Source: Nitrospirota bacterium (GTDB lineage Bacteria; Nitrospirota; Thermodesulfovibrionia; Thermodesulfovibrionales; Dissulfurispiraceae). From it: 64,000 nucleotides of DNA. Shown piece after piece: positions 56,190 through 64,000 of the stretch; within the stretch, counting starts at the first letter, position 1; every line of letters begins with the position of its first letter. The stretch spans positions 896,001-960,000 of the forward strand of contig CAVPZX010000002.1 in NCBI GenBank assembly GCA_963710375.1. Direction: 5' to 3'. Both the position numbers and the translations under genes were made by a program. Below the pieces are notes generated by a model that did no database searches, was not told the DNA's origin, and saw nothing but the letters and a program-made list of their open reading frames with translations.

Positions 56190-56390
56190 ATGCATATTGC
56201 AGAAAAGAAATTATGCCCCTTAACCGGAAATCCCTATGAGGACTGTTACTGCATCGACATGAACAGCCAGAAAATATTTAAAGCTCTCTCATACTGCTGT
56301 CGTGATTTCGAAGAATGTGAGGTGTATATAAAACATTCTCAGGCAGATCTGGACTTTAAATATGAGGGCGAAGGAGGAAAAGGTGTTTAA
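56190..56390 (+). CDS. Small Cys-rich hypothetical protein
   Basis: CP...P..DCYC..MNSQ.I......CC..F..C..Y; overlaps the MCP start. Confidence 0.6.
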   Translation: MHIAEKKLCPLTGNPYEDCYCIDMNSQKIFKALSYCCRDFEECEVYIKHSQADLDFKYEGEGGKGV

Positions 56391-58017
56391 GAACTTAAAA
56401 GTCGGGATGAGGTTGGGATTAGGGTTTGGCGCAGTTACCGTAGTTATGATAGCTTTGATTTTTATCGGCATCGACAGCATGGGTCGCTTACAGGACCATC
56501 TTGAACGGATTGTCAAAATCAACAATACTCGCATGGAATATTCCACTGATATAGCAGATAGAACTCGTGAAATATCCATATCTCTCCGCAACATACTTCT
56601 GGTAACGGATTCCGAAAAGAGACATGCGCAGATAAAAGCGATGGACGCCAATAGGGCTAAATACAATGATGACTTGAAAAAGGTCGATGAAATGACTCCT
56701 AAGGATGATGCTAAAGGCCGCGAGACGGTAGAAAAAGTGCGGGCCGCAGCAGAAACTGTAAAGCCGTTAAACAACAAAGTGATAGATCTTGCTATGGCAA
56801 ACAAGAACGGAGAAGCTGTCGATTTCATGAACAGGGAAGCGCGTCCGGCAGTGCGCAGATTGATCCAGTCTGTAGATGAGTTGGCCGACTATCAGAAATT
56901 CCGCAACCAGGAACGTTATAAAGAAGCAGAGAGTGCATACAAAAAAGCAATGTTATCGATGTTCATTATCGGCGGCATTGCGATTGTGCTCGCTGTAATA
57001 ATTTCGATATTGATTGCACGGAGCATAGTCCTGCCATTGCATAAAGGCATTGAAGTCGCCGGAAAGATTGCAGAAGGCGACCTGACCTGCGAGGATTTGG
57101 ATGTAAGATCAAAGGATGAGATAGGCGCTTTAGCCAGGGCCCTGAACATAATGAAGAAATCGCTAAGCGGTATGATAGGGAAGTTTTCGGACACTGCCAG
57201 CCATGTTGCCTCGTCATCGGAAGAACTGTCAGCGACAGTGATCCAGATGACAAAGAGAGTAGAGGAGCAGGCGAACAAGGCGAATCAGGTGGCAACAGCG
57301 TCTGTAGAGATGTCACAGACCGTTATCGATATAGCAAAAAACAGCTCTGACATAGCAACTTCATCAGCAGACACATTAAAGACAGCTGAGGATGGCGCGC
57401 TTATAGTGAGCAAAACAGTGAATGAAGTGCAGGAGATATCGGCGACTGTGGAAGATCTGGCGAAAATCATGACTGCCCTCGGCGACCGTTCCAAGCAGAT
57501 AGGAGAGATAATCGGCGTAATTAAGGATATAGCGGACCAGACAAACCTTCTTGCCCTGAATGCAGCCATAGAAGCGGCGCGCGCAGGAGAGCAGGGAAGA
57601 GGTTTCGCTGTAGTAGCTGACGAAGTCAGGAAGCTTGCTGAAAAGACCGCGCATTCGACATCTGAAATAGGAGAAATGATAACCGCGATACAGGCAGAGA
57701 CTGAAAAGGCGGTTGTCTCGATGGGAGAGGGGACAAAAAAGGTCAAAGTAGGGGTAGAACTTGCAAATCAGGCTGGAGGCGGTCTCCGTAAAATAGTCGA
57801 CAGCGTTAACGGTCTGCAGGCCATGGTGCAGCAGATAGCGTCGGCAACAGAGGAGATGTCAACAGTATCGGAGCAGATAAGCGGTGACATAGAGGTTATA
57901 GCAACCGTATCAAGGGAGACGAGTGCCGGGTCCTGTCAAATAGGGCAGGAATCGTCTGACTTGTCAAAGATGGCTGTAGAATTAAGAACAGATGTCAACC
58001 ACTTTCGGGTCAATTGA
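56383..58017 (+). CDS. Methyl-accepting chemotaxis protein (4HB sensor, HAMP)
   Basis: TM-4HB-TM-HAMP architecture; [41 protein letters not shown] 56383 after GGAGG. Confidence 0.95.
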   Translation: MFKNLKVGMRLGLGFGAVTVVMIALIFIGIDSMGRLQDHLERIVKINNTRMEYSTDIADRTREISISLRNILLVTDSEKRHAQIKAMDANRAKYNDDLKKVDEMTPKDDAKGRETVEKVRAAAETVKPLNNKVIDLAMANKNGEAVDFMNREARPAVRRLIQSVDELADYQKFRNQERYKEAESAYKKAMLSMFIIGGIAIVLAVIISILIARSIVLPLHKGIEVAGKIAEGDLTCEDLDVRSKDEIGALARALNIMKKSLSGMIGKFSDTASHVASSSEELSATVIQMTKRVEEQANKANQVATASVEMSQTVIDIAKNSSDIATSSADTLKTAEDGALIVSKTVNEVQEISATVEDLAKIMTALGDRSKQIGEIIGVIKDIADQTNLLALNAAIEAARAGEQGRGFAVVADEVRKLAEKTAHSTSEIGEMITAIQAETEKAVVSMGEGTKKVKVGVELANQAGGGLRKIVDSVNGLQAMVQQIASATEEMSTVSEQISGDIEVIATVSRETSAGSCQIGQESSDLSKMAVELRTDVNHFRVN

Positions 58018-58065
58018 AACGGAAGTAATTAACAGGGAAAACAGCGACTTTTTTTTGGAGAAAAG

Positions 58066-59940
58066 ATGATTCTTGTATCAGCCCTATCTGTGTTGCTTCA
58101 GTTTATAGCGGCATACCTGTCTATCAGGATGATCCGCATTACCGGTAAACGCAGGGCCTGGATACTTATTACTGCGGCAATTACTATTGCAGCCCTAAGG
58201 AGGAGCTATGACCTGTACAGGTTCATATTTGGAAATACAGGCAATCTGCCCAGCACTACAGGAGAATTGTTCTCTTTTCTGACTTCAATATGCATGGTAA
58301 TCGGCGTGGCATATATTGCGCCGCTTTTTTTGTCAATAAAACGCTCCGAGGAAAGCCTGCGCAAATCCGAGGAGGCCCTGCTCGAACAGCAGAACTTTAC
58401 TTCCAGCCTGATTCAAAGCTCCGCCAGCGCCACATTCGTCCTGGATAAGACGCACAGGATCATCATCTGGAACAAGGCATGCGAAGAGTTGACAGGATGC
58501 CAGCAATCCGACATGATCGGCACCAATGATCAATGGAAGCCTTTTTGCCGCAAAAGGATGCCTACGGTTGCAGACCTGATTCTTGATGGCGCACCCGGGC
58601 ATTCGTCTTTGCCGGGTAATAACTATTCCAGGTCTTCCCTGAACCCCCACGGGGTGAGGGCCGAAGGCTGGTATGAAAATCTCGGCGGTAAGGACAGATA
58701 CATTGTATTTGAGGCGTCGCCTGTCTATAACATCAATGGTGAGTTGATAGCCGCTATCGAAACGCTCCAGGACATAACTGAAAGTAAGAAGGTCGAAATC
58801 CAACTCATGCAATCACAGAAAATGGAGGCAGTGGGAAGGCTTGCAGGAGGCATAGCTCATGACTTTAATAATCTGCTTACACCTATTATCGGCTATAGCG
58901 ATTTAGTTTTGACCGAACTTCCTGAAACGCATTTTGCGAAAGATAAAATCAGGGTAGTCAGGGATACCGGATGCAAGGCGGCTGATTTGGTAAAGCAGCT
59001 TCTGGCTTTCAGCCGGAAGCAGGTGCTTGAAATGAAGCCGGTCAACCTGAATGAAATTGTTTTAAATATGAGCAGGATATTTGAAAGGACTATAGGAGAG
59101 GATATAGAATTGGAGCTGTGCATTAATAATCCTGTCAAGAATGTATCAGCTGATGCAGGGCAAATAGAGCAGGTTTTGATGAATCTTGTTTTAAACGCCC
59201 GCGATGCGATGCCTGGAGGGGGGCGGCTTACGATCGAAACGGCTGACGTATATCTTGATGAGACATGCGAACTAATACACAGCAAGTTGGTAAACCCCGG
59301 TCAATATGTAACGCTTTCAGTAAGCGACACCGGAATGGGAATGAGCCGTGAAATTATGGAAATGATATTTGACCCTTTCTTTACAACAAAAGAAGCAGGG
59401 AAAGGCACAGGGCTTGGCCTGGCAACCACTTACGGCATCATAGAGCAGCACAACGGATATATGTGGACATATAGCGAACCCGGCATGGGAACAGCATTCA
59501 AGGTCTACCTGCCTGCAATAGAGGAAGATGTTAAACCGATAAAACAGTGTAGGCCGACAATAGCAATTGGAGGGACGGAAACAATACTTGTGGTCGATGA
59601 TGAACCTCTCGTCAGAGATTTTGTCGTGGATGTACTTCGGCATTTGGGGTATAAGGTCCTGGAGGCGTCATGCGCAAAAGAGGCATTAAAGATATGCGGG
59701 AATAATCAGGGCAAGATAGACATTTTATTGACGGATCTTGTTATGCCTGGGATGAACGGGCAGGAGTGTGCCGCGATATTTAAAGAGAAAAGACCTGAGT
59801 CAAAGGTTATCTTCATGTCCGGCTATAGGGAGAAATTCATTTCTGATTCCGACCTGTCCACTCCAAAAGAATTATTTGTACAAAAACCTATTATAGTGGA
59901 GAAACTAACAGTTACGATAAGAGAGGCCTTAGGCAGCTGA
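58066..59940 (+). CDS. Hybrid sensor kinase (3 TM, PAS, HisKA, HATPase, REC)
   Basis: AHDFNNLL, NARDAM, FDPFFTTK, GTGLGL; C-terminal VVDDE...TDLVMP. Confidence 0.93.
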   Translation: MILVSALSVLLQFIAAYLSIRMIRITGKRRAWILITAAITIAALRRSYDLYRFIFGNTGNLPSTTGELFSFLTSICMVIGVAYIAPLFLSIKRSEESLRKSEEALLEQQNFTSSLIQSSASATFVLDKTHRIIIWNKACEELTGCQQSDMIGTNDQWKPFCRKRMPTVADLILDGAPGHSSLPGNNYSRSSLNPHGVRAEGWYENLGGKDRYIVFEASPVYNINGELIAAIETLQDITESKKVEIQLMQSQKMEAVGRLAGGIAHDFNNLLTPIIGYSDLVLTELPETHFAKDKIRVVRDTGCKAADLVKQLLAFSRKQVLEMKPVNLNEIVLNMSRIFERTIGEDIELELCINNPVKNVSADAGQIEQVLMNLVLNARDAMPGGGRLTIETADVYLDETCELIHSKLVNPGQYVTLSVSDTGMGMSREIMEMIFDPFFTTKEAGKGTGLGLATTYGIIEQHNGYMWTYSEPGMGTAFKVYLPAIEEDVKPIKQCRPTIAIGGTETILVVDDEPLVRDFVVDVLRHLGYKVLEASCAKEALKICGNNQGKIDILLTDLVMPGMNGQECAAIFKEKRPESKVIFMSGYREKFISDSDLSTPKELFVQKPIIVEKLTVTIREALGS

Positions 59941-60051
59941 GGAAATATTCTCTATTTATTTATAGATTCTTACGTGATGCACAGTCACTTTCGAATAGAT
60001 TATTGGTGATGCAATGCGTTTTCTTGCTCAGCATATTGAATCTTTGATATA

Positions 60052-62136
60052 ATGCGCGTATTATTGTCGCCTGACGGGGTGTTTATCAAAAGTTTCCTGA
60101 AGTGCTGTAAATTACTGGTATTGCTCACGTTGTGCATGTCAGCCGATACCGGGTACGGTTATGACATCAAGATAGGCGTGCTGGCTGAACGAGGCCCTGA
60201 AAAATGTCAGAAGATGTGGAATCCGACTGCCAATTATTTATCAAAAAAATTGCCGGAATATGCTTTTAAAATAGTTCCTTTGTCATTCGATAATATCTCT
60301 GATGCCGTCATGAATGAAGAGGTCGATTTCCTGCTCGCCAACCCTTTTATTTATTTGAATTTCGAGGTTAAATACGGCATTTCTCACATCGCGACTTTAA
60401 AAAATAAATTATCTGGTGACTATCCTCTTTTGGGCGGTGTAATTTTCACAAGGTCTGATAACCGCCATATATATAAATTGAAGGATTTGGCTGGAAAGAA
60501 GTTCGCAGCCGTAGCCCCGGCTTCATTGGGTGGATGGCTTGCTGCTTTGCGGGAACTGAAAAAGGCAGAGATAGATCCATATAAAGATTTTGCCGGTCTG
60601 CAGTTTACCGGGAACCATGAATCGACAATTTATGCAGTCCTTGAGGGCAAGGCAGACGCCGGAACGGCAAGCACAAACGAGTTTGCAGATTTAATTCGGA
60701 GGGGAAAAATTAAACCTGGGTATTTTCGGATCATTGTTCCCGAATGGATAGGAACATCCAAAGAGTTGCCTTATGGCGTCAGTACGAGACTTTATCCTGA
60801 TTGGCCATTCGCAAAACTGCGCCGGACCCCCGAGGGTTTGGCAACAAATGTGGCTATTGCTCTTTTAGGCATGGGCAGCAACGATGAGGCAGCCCGTGCA
60901 GCCAACTGTTATGGATGGTCCTATCCTCTTAATTATCAGAGTGTTGATGAATTAACCAAAGAACTAAGATTGGGAGGTTACAAGGATTTCGGGGAAATGT
61001 CTGTCAGCAATATCATCTATAAATACAAGACGGCTTTTATTCTGGCTCTGATCTTATTCGTAATTTTATCGATTGTATCTGTTCTTCTGGCACATTTATA
61101 CAGGCGAACTAAACGATCTGAAGGATCGCTCATCAAAAGCGAGAAAAAACTGAAAGATATCACATCTTCTTTAGCTGAGGGCATTTATGTCCTGAATGAA
61201 CAAGGGCATATTATTTTTATGAACCCTGAGGCAGAACATCTTCTGGGATGGACCTTTACGGAATTGTCCGGCAGAAACGCCCACGAGATCATTCATTGCG
61301 GTAAAGCAGATAGTTCCCAATTGTCTTTGGAGGAATGCCCAATGCGTAAGGTTGTCAGGACAGGTATTCCGTTTGTCTCCAGGGATGAGTTTTTTACACG
61401 AAAAGATGGAACTATGTTCCCCATATCTGTCGTTGCCAGCCCCATCGTGGAAAAAGGTAAAGTTGTTGCCGCAGTTACGGCATTCAGGGACATTACCGCG
61501 AGAAAGGAGCTGGAGGAGGCGCTGAGGAGTAACGAGTCCAAATACAGGACATTGCTCGAAAATATCCCTGAAAGAATATTTCTTAAAGACAGGAATTCAG
61601 TTTATATATCCTGCAATCATAATTATGCCCATGATCTCGACATCAGCCCGTCCCAAATTTCTGGAATGACCGATTATGATTTTTATCCTAAAGAAATAGC
61701 TGAAAAGTACAGAGCAGATGATAAGAGAATAATGGAAACAGGGGAAAAAGAAGACATTGAGGAGAAATACATACTGAACGGAAGTGAACATGTCGTTCAT
61801 ACAATAAAGACTCCAGTCATAGATGAAAAGGGGAATATTGCTGCTATATTGGGTGTTTTCCGTGATATCACCATCCGCAAGCATGCGGAAGCTGAACGGG
61901 ACAGGCTGATCGTTGAGCTTAAAGAGGCACTCGCCAAAGTCAAGCAGTTATCCGGATTATTGCCCATATGCGCATCATGCAAAAAAATTCGTAATGACCA
62001 AGGGTATTGGACCCAAATAGAAACATATATCAGCGAACATTCCGAGGCCCTGTTCAGCCATGCAATCTGTCCCGAATGCGGGAAAAACCTGTATCCCGAA
62101 TATTACGACAAAGTATGGGGGAAAAAAGACAAATGA
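60052..62136 (+). CDS. Membrane sensor: PhnD/SsuA-like binding domain, TM, 2 PAS, Cys-rich C-terminal domain
   Basis: IGVLA.RG...W, S.GGW, STRLYPDWP; PAS repeats; LSGLLPICASCKKIRNDQGYW...HAICPEC; no HisKA or GGDEF; start uncertain. Confidence 0.8.
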   Translation: MRVLLSPDGVFIKSFLKCCKLLVLLTLCMSADTGYGYDIKIGVLAERGPEKCQKMWNPTANYLSKKLPEYAFKIVPLSFDNISDAVMNEEVDFLLANPFIYLNFEVKYGISHIATLKNKLSGDYPLLGGVIFTRSDNRHIYKLKDLAGKKFAAVAPASLGGWLAALRELKKAEIDPYKDFAGLQFTGNHESTIYAVLEGKADAGTASTNEFADLIRRGKIKPGYFRIIVPEWIGTSKELPYGVSTRLYPDWPFAKLRRTPEGLATNVAIALLGMGSNDEAARAANCYGWSYPLNYQSVDELTKELRLGGYKDFGEMSVSNIIYKYKTAFILALILFVILSIVSVLLAHLYRRTKRSEGSLIKSEKKLKDITSSLAEGIYVLNEQGHIIFMNPEAEHLLGWTFTELSGRNAHEIIHCGKADSSQLSLEECPMRKVVRTGIPFVSRDEFFTRKDGTMFPISVVASPIVEKGKVVAAVTAFRDITARKELEEALRSNESKYRTLLENIPERIFLKDRNSVYISCNHNYAHDLDISPSQISGMTDYDFYPKEIAEKYRADDKRIMETGEKEDIEEKYILNGSEHVVHTIKTPVIDEKGNIAAILGVFRDITIRKHAEAERDRLIVELKEALAKVKQLSGLLPICASCKKIRNDQGYWTQIETYISEHSEALFSHAICPECGKNLYPEYYDKVWGKKDK

Positions 62137-62359
62137 ATGATTTTCTTCATCTGATATTTGCCAAAACTATCTTCCTTTTCGGAACAATGTTATCGGTATT
62201 ATCCATAATCCTTAAATTAAATATATCGATCACCTATTAAAAGCGGAATTTAATTAAAATCGCGTAATTTTTACACGGCCATTGGAATTAATCCATATTC
62301 ACGCTGTATAAGATTCCGCGGAAACCGCAATAAATCAAAAAGATAAAACATCGTCTCGC

Positions 62360-62376
62360 CTGGCACAGTCTTTGCT
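62360..62376 (+). promoter_or_regulatory. sigma54 promoter upstream of cheY
   Basis: CTGGCACAGTCTTTGCT, near-perfect -24/-12; IHF-like AAATCAAAAAGATA just upstream. Confidence 0.8.
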
Positions 62377-62463
62377 TAACCAGTAAATAAATAGAGAATT
62401 AAGACAGACCGGTTCGACCAGGCAATCATTTCGAAGACCGCAGAATGGGAGGCATTAGACAAA

Positions 62464-62871
62464 ATGTTTAATGAAGACATTAAGGTTCTTGTTGTAGATG
62501 ATTTTCCAACCATGAGAAGGATAGTCACGAATCTCCTCAAGCAGCTTGGGTTTAAATCCATCGCCCAAGCTGAAGATGGGGAACAGGCATTAACAGAACT
62601 CAGAATGGGCGGTTACGGTCTGGTAGTTTCCGACTGGAACATGCCCAATATGGAAGGGATTGAACTGCTCCGGAATATACGCAGGGAGACGGCGCCGTTA
62701 AAAGACATTCCCTTCCTGCTCGTGACTGCCGAGGCTGAAAAAGAAAAAGTTGTTGAGGCGATCAAGTCGGGAGTGGATAACTATATCGTTAAGCCGTTTA
62801 CAGCAGAGGTGCTCAAGGAAAAACTCGAAAAGGTTTCTGAAAGAAAACTTTCTCTGAAGGCGGTTGCTTAA
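62464..62871 (+). CDS. cheY: Chemotaxis response regulator CheY
   Basis: VVDDFPTMRRIV, SDWNMPNM.G, VTAEA and YIVKPF. Confidence 0.95.
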   Translation: MFNEDIKVLVVDDFPTMRRIVTNLLKQLGFKSIAQAEDGEQALTELRMGGYGLVVSDWNMPNMEGIELLRNIRRETAPLKDIPFLLVTAEAEKEKVVEAIKSGVDNYIVKPFTAEVLKEKLEKVSERKLSLKAVA

Positions 62872-62889
62872 AAAAGGAGAAAATGTGAT

Positions 62890-63087
62890 ATGATTAATTG
62901 TTCTTTTTGGATGGATGGACTCGCTTGGGCAGCAATAAATTGTTGTGGACTCCAATGCCCCAGTGGATGCGTTGCACCTTATTACATTATGGGCGCCGCG
63001 CTGATGATTGCGAGTGTCTTATCGTTGTTCTTTCCAGCGGCGGTTCTGAAATCTAAAATATCCAGCAGCCGGCTATCTGACAGATAA
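62890..63087 (+). CDS. Small Cys-rich single-TM hypothetical protein
   Basis: SD AAGGAG; NCCGLQCPSGC followed by a hydrophobic helix; sits between cheY and an MCP. Confidence 0.45.
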   Translation: MINCSFWMDGLAWAAINCCGLQCPSGCVAPYYIMGAALMIASVLSLFFPAAVLKSKISSSRLSDR

Positions 63088-63117
63088 TAGGACATCCAAC
63101 ATCATGGGAGATGAGAA

Positions 63118-64000
63118 ATGCTTAAGAATTTAAAAATCGGAGTGAGGTTGGGATTAGGCTTCGGCGTGGTCCTATTTTTAACGGTCATAATCCTGATACT
63201 AGGGCTATACAAAATGGGACAAATCAACGACAAATTGAACCGTGTTGTCAATATCAACAATGTCAAAATGGATAATGCAAATACGGCGGCAAAAGCTATT
63301 TTGAGCATTTCCAATAACTTGAGGATAACTAACAATGATGCTGCTAAAATAGCGCAGAAAGACGCTATAGAGGCCAACAAAAAAATATACGGAGACGCGC
63401 TGGCTAAACTTAAACAGATGGAAGATACGAAAGATGGTATTCAAGCAATTAAAAATGTTGAGGACGCTGTTGTTCCTGCAAAGGATGCCAATGAAAAGTT
63501 CATGGAATTATACATTGCAAATAAAACCGCCGAGGCCGGCGCGGTACTTATGAATGAATCCATCCCTCTGACGCAAAAGATTTCCGACCAATTCGACAAA
63601 TTAATCAAATACGAGCAACAGCGGAATCTAACAAGATATGAGGAGGCAAAACAGGCTTATGGCAATGCTGAGTTATTGATGGTTATTTTTGGTGTCGCTG
63701 CGCTCATAATAGGTATAACAATCTCGATAGTTACCTCACGTCTGATAACTGTTCCTCTGCGCGACATAATAGGTAAGGTAGAGGAGTTGGCGGGCGGCAA
63801 TCTGCGGGTGTCAATCGACAGCGGCAGAGGCGATGAAATCGGCAGCCTTTCCCGCAGTATGGGCAGAATGGTTCAATCTTTTAACCAGATGATCAATCAT
63901 ATCCTTGTCTCTGCCAACAGTGTAGCGTTGACAGTGGATGTGCTGAGGATCGATGCGGACAAATCGGCGGAAGGCGCAAAGGAACAGTCGGGCCAGGCGG
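63118..64000 (+). CDS. Methyl-accepting chemotaxis protein, partial (runs off the window)
   Basis: MLKNLKIGVRLGLGFG... closely resembles the N-terminus of the 56383 MCP; second TM and HAMP (DEIG.L) follow; absent from the track because no stop falls in the window. Confidence 0.88.
   Translation, partial: MLKNLKIGVRLGLGFGVVLFLTVIILILGLYKMGQINDKLNRVVNINNVKMDNANTAAKAILSISNNLRITNNDAAKIAQKDAIEANKKIYGDALAKLKQMEDTKDGIQAIKNVEDAVVPAKDANEKFMELYIANKTAEAGAVLMNESIPLTQKISDQFDKLIKYEQQRNLTRYEEAKQAYGNAELLMVIFGVAALIIGITISIVTSRLITVPLRDIIGKVEELAGGNLRVSIDSGRGDEIGSLSRSMGRMVQSFNQMINHILVSANSVALTVDVLRIDADKSAEGAKEQSGQA

Noticed and set aside
62133..62240. 35-aa hydrophobic ORF overlapping the sensor stop (ATGA)
   Set aside because: The region is AT-rich, where such ORFs arise by chance; there is no other support.
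1..64000. CRISPR arrays, tRNA/rRNA genes, IS elements, prophage or defence genes
   Set aside because: I recognised no spaced short repeats, tRNA arms, transposase, integrase or phage proteins by eye.

Overview
Gene-dense chromosomal window from an anaerobic Gram-negative bacterium. Protein types suggest Nitrospirota (Thermodesulfovibrionia-like) or Desulfobacterota; this is inference only. I saw no rRNA, tRNA, CRISPR array or intact transposase. Modules from left to right: (1) a csp gene; (2) a cobalamin-riboswitch and Fur-box controlled cobalt-uptake operon (OprB/MnoP-like porin, cbiM, cbiN, an unannotated 57-aa Cys-rich ORF, no cbiQO) that abuts and apparently truncates norC; (3) a nitrogen-oxide island (octaheme epsilon-Hao-like cytochrome, MOSC/YiiM, HPP, CBS, FrdX-like, hemerythrin, cupin) with CRP/FNR (HcpR-like) boxes at class II positions; (4) a GntR-TauE-membrane protein operon followed by a phosphorelay with no DNA-binding output (Cache kinase, REC, pseudo-kinase, USP-REC, REC with a FAE tail, DUF362); (5) amtB without glnK, a small membrane ORF and a nitroreductase; (6) a ~20 kb fatty-acid beta-oxidation/ETF cluster with two near-identical fadD copies flanking an Fe-S gene, and LiuR-like MerR operators; (7) a CDF metal exporter plus an Ehr (Ni-less group-4 hydrogenase-related) complex with a frameshifted hyfE; (8) a liv-type ABC transporter; (9) chemosensory genes, with the last MCP running off the window end. 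Family assignments come from motif recognition, not database searches.
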